The notes under the pieces are model-generated. The model was not told the origin of the DNA. It did no database searches and saw nothing but the letters and a program-made list of their open reading frames with translations. DNA of 59,801 nt, filler included, from Platydemus manokwari (lineage: Eukaryota), in assembly GCA_037951405.1 (NCBI GenBank). It is 4 parts of 4 records of this genome, joined end to end, with 100 filler letters (N's around TTAATTAATTAA, not from the genome) between each part and the next. Parts side by side here need not be neighbours in the genome. Positions count along the whole stretch, not along the records: positions 1 to 13,270 come from JBBMOY011773617.1; positions 13,371 to 28,170 come from JBBMOY011390314.1; 2 more parts are not named here. The stretch is one strand, 5' to 3'. The first letter of the stretch is position 1. The number at the start of each line of letters is the position of its first letter. Positions 1-14,240 of the stretch are shown one piece after another. Made by a program: the position numbers and the translations under genes.

Positions 1-1149
1 TATTATTGTTATTATTATTACTTTTAATTTAAAATATCCCAAAATATAACTATGGAAAATTCTAAACTTGATTTTCTGAAACCATAACAACCGTTATTCT
101 CTGCCATTCTTTGTTATCTATGCCTTTAAAATTCCATGCACAGTTATATTTGTTTTTACGATTATATATATTCATCTAACTATTAATCTAAAAATTCGAC
201 TTGTTTTTGCTAATCCTTTGATGTGAAACAATTCTGCTTATAAAGTCTGCTGTATTATGGCAATTAGGCGAAATTAGCAAACTCTACATCATTCACATCA
301 ATTTTCCCCAATGAAAGAAACATTAACCGTGATAGAAAGGCTTGTTTTAGGCAGGCAATGTAAAAATTTTCGTCGTATTTTTTTCAAACGGACATTAAAA
401 CACAAAAATGAAAAAAATGTTGAGTTTATTTAATAGTTTGTGATTGATTTAAACGAAATTACATTTCAAACCGTTGACATAATGAGCCTTTCGAATCACA
501 TTTTTGGACAATAATTAGTGATGTTTTTTTAATGAAAAACGTTAAACGAAATACAAAGAGATGAATTGAAAAACACTGAACAACTGTGAAATGGTTGAGA
601 GTATAGAGAATTAGATTTCTTTCTCACACTCTCATACACATTATTCAATGAATATTTGTCCTCTCTAATTTTCCTTAAATGAATCCTGAGGTATTTCAAT
701 GTTTTTTTATGTGTTGACCAGCTTTTCATTCAATTAGTTGTCAAAAATAGAATGGTATAAGTTGAGGTTGCCAGGTCATTTGATGTCAAGATAAATTAAA
801 CCAAAATGTAACACAAAAAATGTTTTTATTAAATCATTATTTCTTACTTGTTTATATATAACATTATAATTAAATAATTTTTTAATTTCTTTTAATTATT
901 TTCAATTAAGAACCCTTAATTTTTATTTTGTTTTAATAAACTTGTTGAAAAGTGATTTGCATTGAAATTACTAAAATAAATAATTATCCTTTTCGTTCAA
1001 AAACTTTAAGAAATCTTTTTATTACTTATTTTAATATTCTTTAATTAATTAATTAATTAATTATTATCTATTTTATTTATCAAATAAAATTGCACGTCCT
1101 TTAAAGGGATTATTTAATCACGAAAGTTCTGCTAAATGTTCAACTCTCA

Positions 1150-2842
1150 AATAATATAAAAGTTGAGTGAGTTGGCTTCATATATCCACGAAAATCTACA
1201 AAATTTGATTATCGTGATAAATTTCTCACATCTATTACCACCCGTGTGGATCTTGTAAGATTACTTTTCCACTCAAATCTCTTCCTTGACCTCATTAGAT
1301 CTCCATTATTTTTCTCCACAATAAATTTTTCTAAGTTCTCTGGTACTAATAACGTGTAACAATCATCATCTTTGATGATTTCTTCATTGCTGCTTTACTT
1401 GTTTGTTTCCAGACAACGGATTAAAGTTAATTAACAATGATAGTCCACTTGAATTTACACTGAATGATTAAAGCGTTGTCGACATCATATTTCTCACAGT
1501 CACTGTCATTCGATCAACTAATATTTATTTGACTAGTGTCGGTAAGATTATGCAAACTCTTTCGTAATATCAGATTGGATAGATAAGTCAGTTTGTCTTG
1601 GAAGATATTTTTTACCAACATTGATTTGGGTGCACCGAATCAATAAATTCCAATGATTCTAAGTTGTCTCACAGACAACAAATTTACTTTTGTCTTGAAA
1701 GTTGACAAATGTTGACAAGTGCACTGAAGTGATTAATAATAATCACCAAATACTTGGATTTTTACTCAAATTCTCTAAAGAGAGCTTTTCAATGGCAATC
1801 CTTTCATATGGTTTGAATTGCTCACCTGGTACAATCTGTTTTTCTAATTTTCTGGTTTTGTCAGTCTAAAACCTGTTTAGATTCACACAAGTAGCATATT
1901 TGTGTGTATCATAATAAATATCCTCTTGCATGACATCATCGAAATAGAAATTATCTCAATAATGTTATTACGTAATTTTTTTAATTTTTATGAACTTTTC
2001 GAATAACATCCACACTAATCTTATTACCTAAAAGATTTAATTTCTTGGTGCTAAGCATTGACATTTGTGTATTAAATTTGAGATATTATATTTGAATTAC
2101 TTTGAATACGTTGGAAATAATCCTTTTATACTCTATCTCTAATGATCGATAGCAAAACAACCATCAACATTCTGCAATATCAAATGTAAATTGTCCTATT
2201 CTCATAATAAAAATCTGTTTCTGCAGAGAATGCATATTTTATTCCACTTTATAATAAGGTTGATCCAGATCGATAGTTGAAAAAACTGATTTTCCCTGAA
2301 GTGACTCCGTCAAAGGTTGAATATTTTACACTCTGAAAGTGAACCATTATTTTTATGACAACTAGGATGATTCTTGAATAGTATTGATTAGGCTTATGTT
2401 TGGTGTGACTGGTGCTCTATTTATCATTAAACTAATATTTGATAAACTTTACCGATCTGAGAACAAGTCATGATGTCTACAAATGAAAGTATTCTCTTGA
2501 ATACAACGTTTTTCTTCATTTTACTAAATCATCATCTTATCTCAACTCTTCTAAATCTCTTATTTATTCGTAGTAAATCCTACATTTCATCACAAAAATT
2601 TCTCCAGTTAATGAATGCTTCAGAAAATATATCAATTTATTCATTTGATTCCTTTGAATCATCATAAGTATCATCTCAAACTCAAAGGAAAACTTCGTGT
2701 TAGGAAAGTCTACATGCATTCATTAGCCTCACGAAGAAAACCATTTAAGCATTTCTTGTATCTTCTTTAACATATTTATTACAAAATTTTCAGATATTTT
2801 CTTTATTCACTCTTGTTACGGCGTTGATATGGGTGCTGTCAT
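1150..2842 (-). mobile_element. Degenerate, strongly deleted Ty3/Gypsy LTR retrotransposon relic (gag-like, RT, integrase)
   Basis: Manual minus-strand translation gives RT-like LQGKSVFSTIDLDQPYYKV (~2255-2310) and integrase-like KPYERIAIE (~1790-1815), SKYLVIIINHFSALV (~1715-1760) and IY*FGAPKSML (~1620-1650). The order is RT then IN, with many stops and frameshifts. Boundaries are approximate. Confidence 0.65.
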
Positions 2843-5617
2843 TGTGAGAGTATATAAATAATCAAAATTTGAAATTATTCAAAATATTAATTTGTTTAAA
2901 TCATTGCATTTAAATATGATTTGGTGCCGTGAATTTTCAGTTCTATTTCAATGTGTGTTTTATAAAATAGTAGCAGCTTACGATTATCATTAAAAAGCGA
3001 TGTTTAACCACAATAATTCTACCAAATAATATAAGAGTTACACAATTTGTCCATATTTTTCAATTGAATAAGTTTTTTTGTTTATAATTTCTGTTTTTGT
3101 TTTAATTACTCGATTATGCAAAAACGGGATTTTTAAAATTTTTTAGTTTCGTTCAATTTCCATTTTGTAGAAAAATCTATAAAATCGTAAAATTTTTAAT
3201 TAAAGAATCACCAGACAAATCGATAACAAAAAATGCATATGGATTATTCTTTTTCCTAACATCCTGTGTTCTATTAGACTGGTATATTGGCAGTCCATTA
3301 CAGAAATTAAATAATCGATTATTTTCATTCAAAATTCTTCAAGAATATGGAATTCAGTAAAAATTCTTAAAAACAAATGAGTTTGTAATGAAATTTGTTT
3401 TATCATTTCAAAATTAATATTTTTCTGACAGATAATTTTCCATATTTGTGATCCCATTATTTCGAGATGAGTTACTTCTTGTTCATATATAAGATTGGAT
3501 AAAAAAAATTATAAAAAACTATGGTAAAGATTTTGTTCACAACATTCTTACTATTTTTCCAAAGCTGGTTTCTCCCGAAAAAAATCATTGATGTATTTAA
3601 AAAATTATTACTTACAGAGAATACATATATCCCAGCAAAGCCAAAAGCAAAACATAATTTATTTCAGTGGGAACAATTAGTTTTGTGGAATTTTTTAACT
3701 TAAACAATGAAAATTCGAAGAGAAAAAAGACGTTTATGTCATTCTTTTAAATTATGCCAATTTTGTTATTCTGTTTTCTTTCCAGAATTCACTGATCATT
3801 CATCGAGCATATTTGAATAAATTCTTTTCTCATTCCATGCCAATATATGGTGAAAATATTTACATAATCTAAATATTTCCCACTTTTATTTCATCCTTAA
3901 TATCAAATTCAAAATTATGCTAAATAATTTTTATTAAAAAAACAAACTCATCGAAATGCCTGATACAATAAAACCATAAACGCAAGCTTAACAAAAGCCA
4001 AATTATTTAATTTATTTTCCTGATATTTTCTGATTTATCTTATGATTTCTAACGCATATAATGTTATGTTTTTTTTTGTTTAAGCCATTGAAGACATAAA
4101 ATTGAAAACCATCAGTTTAAATTATAATAAAACGAAGAGAAGATTATTAACTCAAAGGAACTTCCGTTATAATGAATATTAAGTATATTCAAGTTTTGAC
4201 GAAGCCTTGTAAATAAAATTAAAACTAAGTAAGAGACACATCCACCTTAAAACAAATTTCTCAATCAAAATTTATTAACTACCAATACATAGAGACAAAC
4301 GCGTCCATCGAATTCAAAAATATATGGGAAAACAAAAAACAATAGTTGAAAAATATTTTGAAAGATAAACCCTATATGGAATTTAACACTGCTCTAGTGA
4401 GAGAATTCATTCATTTTTTTACTTCTGTAAAAGCCGTTATACCGATGACAAAGAAAAGCAATTTATGTGATTATTCAAATTCCAGCAATTCACTAAGAAA
4501 AATTCCCCAAATATGTTTTCTCGAAATAGAAATGGATTTTAATCAGGTGTGACATTATATTTAAATTATCTTTTGTTTCAATTCACGAGAATGCAAAACA
4601 CAAATTATAGATTATTAGTTTTACCGAAGAGAATTTCGTTTATTTCTCGTTTGTTTGTTTTCCCAATTTCAATTTGAAGTTATTTAAAATGAAAAAAAGA
4701 GGTCGAAAAATTGAATTTTTATTGAAAAAATTCAACCCAGTTTTACCCAGTCGGAATTTTTTTTATTTTGACGAAATGAATTATTTGCCAAAGGAAATCA
4801 GATGAAATACAAATATTGGTTTTTACGTACAAAATTATTAGTTTATCAACAAAAATCGTGATGGAGGAAGAGGAAATTAAAACTTGAAAATTCAATTTTA
4901 ATGAATACGATGAGAATGTTTTGTTATGATCGTATTTACGAAAATGTCTATGATAAAAATAATACAACGCATAATAAAATACAAGAGAATGAAGGCTCTC
5001 AAAACCCATATATTGTAAATATTGAAATTATTGTAAAGCAACATTAAAAATTTCAATCGAAGCTAAAGATATTTTATATCAGTTTACTGCTATTAATCAA
5101 TATTGCAGCTTAATGATTATTCCTTTTCGGATGACGTTCAATCAATTCGATTGTAATTAAGAGTTCTACCGTGACTACAATTATGCATTTAGGTTGGTCT
5201 GTTATCATAAATTTCAAATTATATTAGAAAATTAATTTTTTAATTCAATTATAAAGTATAGTATTTAAATAATTAGAACATTTAAATTAACATTATGAAT
5301 TTGAGATTATCATCATAATTTATATATTTATTAAATATTCTTTTTAAAAGAATATTCGATTAGATTTTTGTATCAAATTTTCTTAACAAATTAATGCAAA
5401 AATAAAATATTCGATACATATTTAAAATGGGTTTTTACAAAGCTATTTTAAATAATTTTTGATTGTTTAAATATTTATAAATTAATTTTCATGTACACAT
5501 TTTAAGTTTAAAATCATTTTTAAAGTGACATTGTGTTGACAGTAATTATTACACGAAAAGTCAAATACGTCTAAAATTTTAAAAGGAATAATCAATGGAT
5601 ATTAATAAATTATCAAC

Positions 5618-5982
5618 CTGGAGGGATAAGCTCTATCGTAGATGAAACATGCCCATAGAGATTAGAAACCGAACAATTATAAACCCCATAATCATCATAT
5701 TGTACTTCATGAAGATACAAATAGCTAACAACTCCAGCCAATCGTTCCTCTTGATAAATTTGATTTCTAAATGAAACCAATTATGTATTCAAAGATATTA
5801 TTTCCAAATGAAAACAGAAACGAACTTCGATTTCTCCGCAATGGATTGCGGCTTGGAATTTTTGTACCAAAGTATTTTCCCCTTTTCCGGTAAAGGAATA
5901 CTTAGAATATGACACGGAATTTTCACAGGGAGCCCGGTTTTTGTAACAATAAGTTTCTGATTGTTAACGATTTGAGGTGACC
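5618..5982 (-). CDS. Two internal exons encoding one Ig domain of a Kirre/NEPH/nephrin-type Ig-superfamily cell-adhesion protein (partial gene)
   Basis: Exons 5982-5826 (acceptor TGTTTCAG) and 5766-5618, separated by a 59-nt GT-AG intron, splice in frame as a phase 1-1 module: SPQIVNNQKLIVTKTGLPVKIPCHILSIPLPEKGKILWYKNSKPQSIAEKSKNQIYQEERLAGVVSYLYLHEVQYDDYGVYNCSVSNLYGHVSSTIELIPP. It has the canonical Ig C...W...DxGxYxC signature and resembles the membrane-proximal Ig of Kirre/NEPH proteins. The Ig call is strong; the family call is moderate. Confidence 0.8.
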
Positions 5983-8900
5983 CTGAAACAAAAGAAATTT
6001 TCTTTTCAATAAAATCAAAAATAGAAATTTCCTCTAATCAATACAATGGATAAAATTTCTCATTTCCGGCGAAATGAGCTCATCAATTAGTGCAATTAAA
6101 TATAATTAATAATTATTTTTTTCGCAAATGAATTCTGTTTATCCATAGAGGTAATCCGATCGGTTGTCATATTGCTTCACGACCGAATGAGGAAAACAAA
6201 CAACTCTAATTTGTAACGATTTCAGAAAAACTCAAATGAACAAAAATAAAACAAAATAAAATATTGATTAATTCATCAGGCTTGAGGAAAAGAATATAAT
6301 GCTTGACGAAAAGGAAAATTTCGTCATTATAGAAATGGTTTTTAGATTTTCGAACTATCGATTAATAAATGCAATCTTTACCGTGCGCATAATAAATATC
6401 ATTTGCGAATTATAAATATAATTGTATTTCTTTATAATCTTTAGAACAACCTTTTAATTAAAACAAATGTTCCATCTTTTAATCTTCTTGTTTTTAATAA
6501 TCGGTGCTCGCAATGTATAATATCATATATTGTCAAACTTGGTTAATATCAGACTATTTGTTCCAGAAACAATAGTTATAACACCAGAATTAAGTTAAAA
6601 ATAATCTTAAAAAGTTTTAAAAAACCATGTGATACTAAATATAAAATCAATGCAACTTATCACTTTGTTTTCCTCAATTCAACAAAGTGATTTTAAAAAC
6701 CAAATTTTTAATTTTCGTTAGTATTAGTAATCGAAAAGAAATAAATTATTAGTAATCGATAGTAAATGATAAACGGATTTTCGATTAGGATTATTATTAT
6801 CTGAATATTTAAGTATTTAAATAATTATAAATTCTGTAAAAATAATTTTAAATTAGTTGATCTCGTTTCGAATTTATTTTTGAGTGGCCTTGGAATTCTT
6901 AAAATAATTAGAATAACCAATCCTTTGGAATACGAATTCAAATTTCATCTTTATCTAAATAAAACATCGAATCTATATCAATTATTGATTTTAAAACAAT
7001 TTTAAAAATCTTGTTTAGAAAAAACTCGTTACAAATTATGAGTTTCCATATATTGAAATTGTTTCATTAAAAATTAACGAATTATGACTACATCGTCATT
7101 ATCGCCTTTCTTTCACAATGACATTATAAAGTCATTTAACTTGCTGAAAGGAATATTTTTCTTTCAACCAATAATTGTTATTGTGAACATAGTAATAGTA
7201 AATTAGCGCTAACCATACCTAAAGAATAAATTTCAAACATATGTCTACGTTTTTGAAGTTCATAATTGAAAGATTAGGTGACAAAGGATGTATTTGGAGG
7301 AAATGTTTCATAATAAGTCCTATTAATTATAATTATCTAGTGAATGATTGAAATGTTGAACTGATGTTTAGGCTAATAATGATGGCTATTATGTGTAAGG
7401 TTTTGGATCGAAATGGGAAAAGCAAATTTTTCATTTTTCAAGCGATGTATCAGAAAATAAAAATTTAATCTTCAATTTCATGGCTGAAATGATTAATAAG
7501 TATTGTTGCTTGATTGTCTGTTTTCAATGGTGAATAGTATTTAGTAGCTTATTATTGTTGCTTTCCACGAATAATGGTTTTAAAGAGGTTCGACAGTTTG
7601 CTTTCTGACCCACGAGAGAAAAAATTCTTTAGGAAAAGTCTATTTATGATTTATTATTTCTGAAAGAGGTGTAACCATATTTGCTAGCATTACGAGATAT
7701 TATATTGATGATTTTTAAAATATTTTTTAAAGTTTTATGAAAAAATAACTGCTCTGAACAATTAACCGGATTTTTTAAACTTTGTTTTTATTTTAGATTT
7801 TCAAAAGAAAAAATTTATGTTTATCTGAATCTAGCTTCTCAGCACTTTTTCAAAAATGAACTAGCATAACTTTCAAATATTTATGTTCAGATAATCATAC
7901 AAATTTTGGCTGAAATTAAAATACTATATTCGACATCAATACTTAAAAAAATTTAAAATTCATTTTTTAATATGTTGAAGTTTCAGGGGATTAATAGAAA
8001 AGGAAAATGAATAATTCTCAAAATAATCTGCAATATAATTTATTAGAAACAGCCAAAGATGGATTAGCCGTTCAAGTTCGACTAACTGAGAAAAGTGATG
8101 AACCACAGATTCTATATACAGATTCTATTCAATATTAGTTAAACAAGCATTATTAGTAATTGATTCGTTTAAACAAATTTAAAACTAAAAATTTTCAAAA
8201 GAATTTTTTTCAAAAATATGAATAATTAAAAAATTAGAACAAGTTGAAAATTACTTTTAAAATAAGCGTAAAATTACGTTATTAATCTAATTAATCGAAA
8301 GTTCAAGTTGTGAATTTTTTCAAAATTCCTATTTACAAATTTACCATTAAAAAATCCGTTGAAACTAAATTGCGAACGAATCACCAACAGTCGAATTCTT
8401 GATCACCTTTAAAATTTACGAATTGGAAAAAATTCTTTTTCTCACCGATCAGGAATAATTGTTCACAATTTTTATTTGAAAGTTAAATTTCTCTTTAAGA
8501 AATTCATTTGCCGATGATGTTTGGTTTATAATTTTGTATTATTTTCTAATTTTGGGAAAACGAAAAAACGTGTTATTCTAATTTATCATTAGTTAATAAA
8601 CCTGATTTAAATAAATAAATAAAATTTAATCACAAGAAATAAAAGTGATTTTATTTTGCTTTTAATGTCATTCTGCATTAGTTATTTAGAAAAACAGAAT
8701 TAAAAATGTAGATTTTATTAATATAGATGAATATATTTAATTTTAATTAGATAGTAATCTTCTAAAGTCCTTAAACTAAATCTCAATTAAGCTTCTAATT
8801 TCTAAAAATTACTAAATAAAATCTTAAAGTTTATCTACAAATATTAAGTCAGTAGAATTTAAAAAGTGATGCTATTCTATTCAATGTATTGGACAATTTG

Positions 8901-11900
8901 AGATCATGTTTAAGAATTTAGCTCCTGAAATAATAATAAATTTTCAAATGGAAACAATTATTAAATTCAACTCATAGTGGATTAGCTTCGGCTCCATGGA
9001 CGAATAAATTATTAACAAATATTTGACTCAAATATCAGTTTCTACACCAATGAAAATTCCAAAAATTTGACCTCAATATTCCAAAAACATAATGGTTATT
9101 AATGGAACATAATTTCACAAAAGTATTCTTCCAATAAATAATTGCAATTATCGTTCATTTCTTATTTAAAACAACATCTCGAAATTGAAAGAAATATAGT
9201 TTCTGGAGAATAATTATGCGAAATTGCATCAAAGCAACGTATAAACAATAGGAAGAGGCCCTTCAGAATACGTACCGCATCGATATGTCTTCAAACTTAA
9301 CTGAGAGACAGTATTTCATGATCAATTACAAATGTAACATCACGTTTCGGATTGAATTAATTTTAATTTTTTGATTAACACTTCAAGTTACTTTTTTGTA
9401 AAAAGAAAATTTTTTATAATCATATAAGAAGTATAAATTTACAATTAAGAGCGCTTTAAAATAAGCTTTTAAGAATAGGAATAATAATCCCGTTTTTAAT
9501 TGATGAATTTCGAAGCAGATTGAATTAATGTGAATTCTCTTTTGAAAATATTGAAAGTCGAAATATAATATTTCGTCTCATATATTTATCAGAACCTGTG
9601 TGAATTGCAGTAAATTTATTTAATGTTATAGAAATTTTATGATAAGCAAAATAAAGACAACAATAGCTAATTTATAGATATGGCAATTTATATTGTTAAC
9701 TATGAATACAGCATTAAAATTTTTTTAAAAAGTTTGCCTTGACGACGTTAAATACTGTGTAACATATAATTTTAATAATTTAGTAACTACAGTCAAGTAT
9801 TTCTGAATCGATATTTTATACTTAAATGAATGCTGGATAAGTTAAATAAATAGATAAAAGTTTCACGAAGAGGCTATTTTAAATTTAAAAATTAATCGTA
9901 TCAGAAATCATGTTAATGAATATAATCATCATATTTATTATTATGGTTTTGATATTTATTTATAAGATCTGAAACATCGTTTTGAGATAGTATTGCGCAA
10001 TAATTTGAATTATGGCTTTAAATTAAAAAAGGGATTATTTGACCTGCTTTTATGATAATAAATTTTGGCACATGAAACAATATTATAACTTAATTTTATA
10101 CATGATTACAATGTTTGATTTTGTTGTATAATTCAGATAAAGTTTTAAAATCAAGTTCTTATTCTAATCATAACACTTCTATATGATTATTTGAGTTTTT
10201 TAATTTTATTTATTTTAATTATAAATCGAGTTAGTTAACTACAAACATGTTTAATAATATCATTGGTTATTTTTATAAAATAATTATAAAATTGAGACTA
10301 ACTCTCGATTTGCTTCTATTGGTAAAGGGGTCCTCACTAATTTTCAATAAATTACAATTGAGCCTACTTTCATCTCTTTTTTCAAATAATCAAATTTCAT
10401 GACATTTTAAATCCCTTATATGTTTAATATTTGATTTCAAACAACTAAAATTCTTCTGAAGAACTTAAATAAAAAATTCAAAATATTTTAAAAGAATAAT
10501 AATAAATAAACTATATGGATTTTTGAAATAAGCTCAACAAATTAAAAATTTTATTTTACACCCCTTATTTTTTACCTTTAGTCGAATTATGAATTTTAAT
10601 GCTTAAGAGATAAGACCATATAACCGAATATTATTAATAAATTGTTAAATAAAATTAAGCATTGATATTGTTTTATCTTTAAAATCTATTGGTACGTTAT
10701 CAGTATAATGAATCCAGTGATTGAAATAATTATTTGAGATTATTTATTTAAAGGTTGTTTAAATATGAGCTATATTAGGCAATTATGCAAAATTTTAAGT
10801 GTTATCTTGGCATTTATTTTAAATAGCTAGAAACAATCGAAAAGCAACTCCATTGAACAGTTGATGTGTTCATTGTTATTGTCAAAATAGCGGTTATTTT
10901 AATTAGGAAATACAATTTCAAAGTCAGTTGCTTAGTAGTTGAAATGGAAATTCATAATGGCTAATTTCAAAATTTCACCCAGTAAATCATTCAAATAAAA
11001 CGACTTTTACCGTTCTTTATTTCTCGAGAGTTTCACAGAATTCAATCTAAATATTGATGATTTAAAGAATTTGTAGTCGAGCTGTCGAATTACTCTGTTT
11101 TTAAGATAATTAAGTAATGGGATTTAAGTCTAAGTAATATCTTTCACACCTACAAGCTGATTAATATCTGATATTTGGGATTTCTTTATAAATAAGAGAC
11201 ATAAACGATCTCAGAAATTTTCAATGAAAGTATGTCTATGTGGTATGCAATTATCATTGCAAGGGAGCTTAAATTGTTAGGTGTTTTTGATAGAACAAAT
11301 CGATCCATCAATATCATAAATATCGATGTTGTGATATTTTAGAAATTTTTATGAAATTCTAAACATACCAAAATAAGTCCAAGGTGATTTAAAAGTGATC
11401 ATGTTTGATTACTAGCAACACAATACGAGCAAATCGAATTATAATTCAAAAGCAGTCAAATTGGTTGTAAAAAGTTATTAGATTAAATCATTTTACGTCT
11501 TCATTAGGGCTTGATGTACTATTTTTCAAATATTAAGAAATATTTAACTTGTCATTTATTTTTCTTAAGAAATTCCTTTAATTTTGATATGATTTATGAT
11601 CTGAAATATTTAAAGTAGTATGTCCGTATCTTGTATATGCAATATAAAATGGATATATTTTGGAATCTCCTCTTCTAATTTAGGCTGTACACAAACATCG
11701 CGTACCTTACAAATTTAAATAAAAATTTTAAAATTTAAATAAAAATAGAACCACTGTATAATCTTCTGCAACATGTGAAAAATATATACTATTGGTTATT
11801 ATAAAAGTAAAAACATCCGTTATTTCCATCAATATTTATTAATTTAAAAATTACACGAGTTTCTTTCAATATTAAAACAAGTCGAATTTTTATCAAACTT

Positions 11901-13194
11901 CCATCTCCCGTTGTTTTTCGAGATCCTTTTTAGCCACTCAACTCTCCCGTTATCTCGATACCTCATTCATATACAGTTACAAAACTGTGCAATATACCTA
12001 TACTACTTTAAAGGTGTCTCGAATATGTAAACTCAACCCATACTTAACAAATGAGAATACATGCTTAATTGTTTCTTCTTCAAATAACGGATTCATGGTA
12101 TATCAATTTTCGAGCTTCATTTCTTGAATGTGCTTTGTGGATAATCTATTATTAACTTGAGATTTCCCCAATTTGCTATTGATACACAATAATTTATTAA
12201 TTCACTTCAATGTATTTATTAATCTTTAAAATTTACTAAAATTATAAAAATAATAGTTTATTATTATTAATAGTATTTTTACATTGGTTCGTATTGTTAT
12301 CTTTAAGCTCATGTTTGTTTCTAATAATTTTGTACCAGGAAGATTAATTTTTAAGATCGCGTGTTACGAATTTTAACAGATTTTCAAGTATGATCCTTTC
12401 ATAGATATTATTCATAAATTTGTGAGTGTCTTTTAACGAAAGACGATTAAGATATTTAGCATTACATAAGTTAAACTAAATCATTTTAAATAAAATAATA
12501 ATAATAATAATAACATCATAAATTATTTTTTATCATAATTATCAATATTTGTTGTCCAAACTATCCATTAATATCTAATAAGTGAGAATAGCTGAAAAAT
12601 CATAAAAATTTAGTAATGGGACTGCTATTTTAAAGCAGAAAATAATTATTTCGAAACACAACATAACGAATTAAATAAATATAAACACAAGACCGGAAAT
12701 TGGAATATGGGATTATAATTAGAGATGCAAAACCTGCCTAGAAAGCCAGAGAAAATTAAAGTATTTTATCATTAAAGGGTAGGAGATGCGTGCAAATATT
12801 GTTATATTTTATCAAATTACCCGTAAAAGCGTCTGGTAAAAGACTGTGCGAATTTAATTTTCAGTAATATAGAAGAAATAAATGTTAAATATTATTTGAT
12901 AAAGAATTTAACGAGTTAAAATAAAAGTCAACTTATGGAAATGATGCTATTGATAGAGCTAATGCCAACTATTAATCGATATTTACCGGCAGATTCTGAT
13001 TAGGCTGTAATTTAAAAGAAATATCAGAAAAATATCAAAGAAAATAATTTTCATGATAATTTTATTTGTAACAAACTGCTTTCGAATAAATTTATAATCA
13101 ATACATATCCTTATTACCTTTCATTTGTGGATAAAATCATTTAGACAAAATTTAGTCCTGTAAATTTTCTCTTTTTTAAAATAACTCATGCAGA

Positions 13195-13250
<56 letters not shown>

Positions 13251-13270
13251 TATTATTATTATTATTATTA
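13195..13270. repeat. (ATT)n microsatellite at a contig end
   Basis: Near-perfect ATT trinucleotide run abutting the N spacer. Confidence 0.95.
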
Positions 13271-13370
13271 NNNNNNNNNNNNNNNNNNNNNNNNNNNNNN
13301 NNNNNNNNNNNNNNTTAATTAATTAANNNNNNNNNNNNNNNNNNNNNNNNNNNNNNNNNNNNNNNNNNNN
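13271..13370. other. Artificial contig spacer N44-TTAATTAATTAA-N44
   Basis: 100-nt gap with a central 12-mer that puts stop codons in all six frames. Identical to two other spacers in the window. Confidence 0.97.
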
Positions 13371-13554
13371 TATTCACTTTCACTATTATTTTCAATTTCA
13401 CTTTTATTTTTTCGTTTACTCGAACGACTATTTATCAATTTTAATCCTTCTAACAGGTTACTTTTATTTGAACTACGAAGACTTCTATCGGATTTGTCTA
13501 ATATCGAACTTTTTCAATTCATATGCAATTTATGCTTCCTAACTATTTCAATTT

Positions 13555-13720
13555 CAATTTTATCTATTCTCAAGGCAGAATTATCAACGCTCAATGCGGA
13601 ATTATCAATGCTTAATGCAGAATTATCAATGCTCAATGTAGAATTATCAATGCTCAATGCAGAGTTATCAATGCACAATTCAGAATTATCAATGCAGAAT
13701 TATCAACTTATCAGCGCTTA
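13555..13720. repeat. 21-bp minisatellite (GCAGAATTATCAATGCTCAAT), about 6 copies
   Basis: Tandem units are directly visible. They read AELSMLN on + and DNSALSI on -. Confidence 0.9.
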
Positions 13721-14109
13721 AATATGGGACAAACAAAATTCGACTTTAAAGCTCACTCTAACAGCTAGATTTTAGAGCCTCTTCAAAGTAAATATCAGTT
13801 TTCGATCACTATCAAACTATTCAAGTCTATTTAACGCTTTTCACAGATTTTATCAACACTTTTCGTGGAACAATCAATGCTTATTACGAAACTAGACTAT
13901 CAAGCTTTTCAAATTATTTACTAAATGATATCTCTTAGAGCAGGGTGTAGACCTCTCAAATCATTAACTTTATTGCAACAAGTGGACGAACGTTATCTGC
14001 TTTTCTTCTTTTTATATACCGAAGTCTCTTAGGACGGGTCGCTATTATAGCTCTCCGGCTCAAGTGTAAATCAAGATGCGCTTTAATTAAATTATCAGAA
14101 GCTCCTAGG

Positions 14110-14240
14110 CTTAATTTATCAGTAGCACTTTGGCTCAGTTTATCAGCACTTTGGCTCAATTTATCAATTATATCAGCACTCTGACTCGATCTATCAATTA
14201 TATCAGCACTTTGGCTCAATTTATCAATTATATCAATTTT
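14110..14240. repeat. 21/30-bp minisatellite (TATCAGCACTTTGGCTCAATTTATCAATTA)
   Basis: Three 30-bp units plus shorter 21-24 bp variants. They read ADIIDKLSQS in minus-strand ORF 13956-14429. Confidence 0.9.

Noticed and set aside
2922-2932. TGGTGCCGTGA as a tRNA-His primer-binding site for the adjacent Gypsy relic
   Set aside because: Wrong orientation relative to the minus-strand element, and no LTR next to it.
3616-3698. Minus-strand exon-like segment with GTAAGT donor and hydrophobic peptide as the TM exon of the Ig gene
   Set aside because: Its open frame starts in phase 0, whereas the Ig exon ends in phase 1; joining them gives a stop.
13315-13326. TTAATTAATTAA islands within N runs as a biological motif
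   Set aside because: Identical, centred in 100-nt gaps three times; an assembly linker.
14110-14240. Regularly spaced repeats resembling a CRISPR array (also 19676-20063)
   Set aside because: Head-to-tail tandem units with no unique spacers, no cas genes, and a eukaryotic context.
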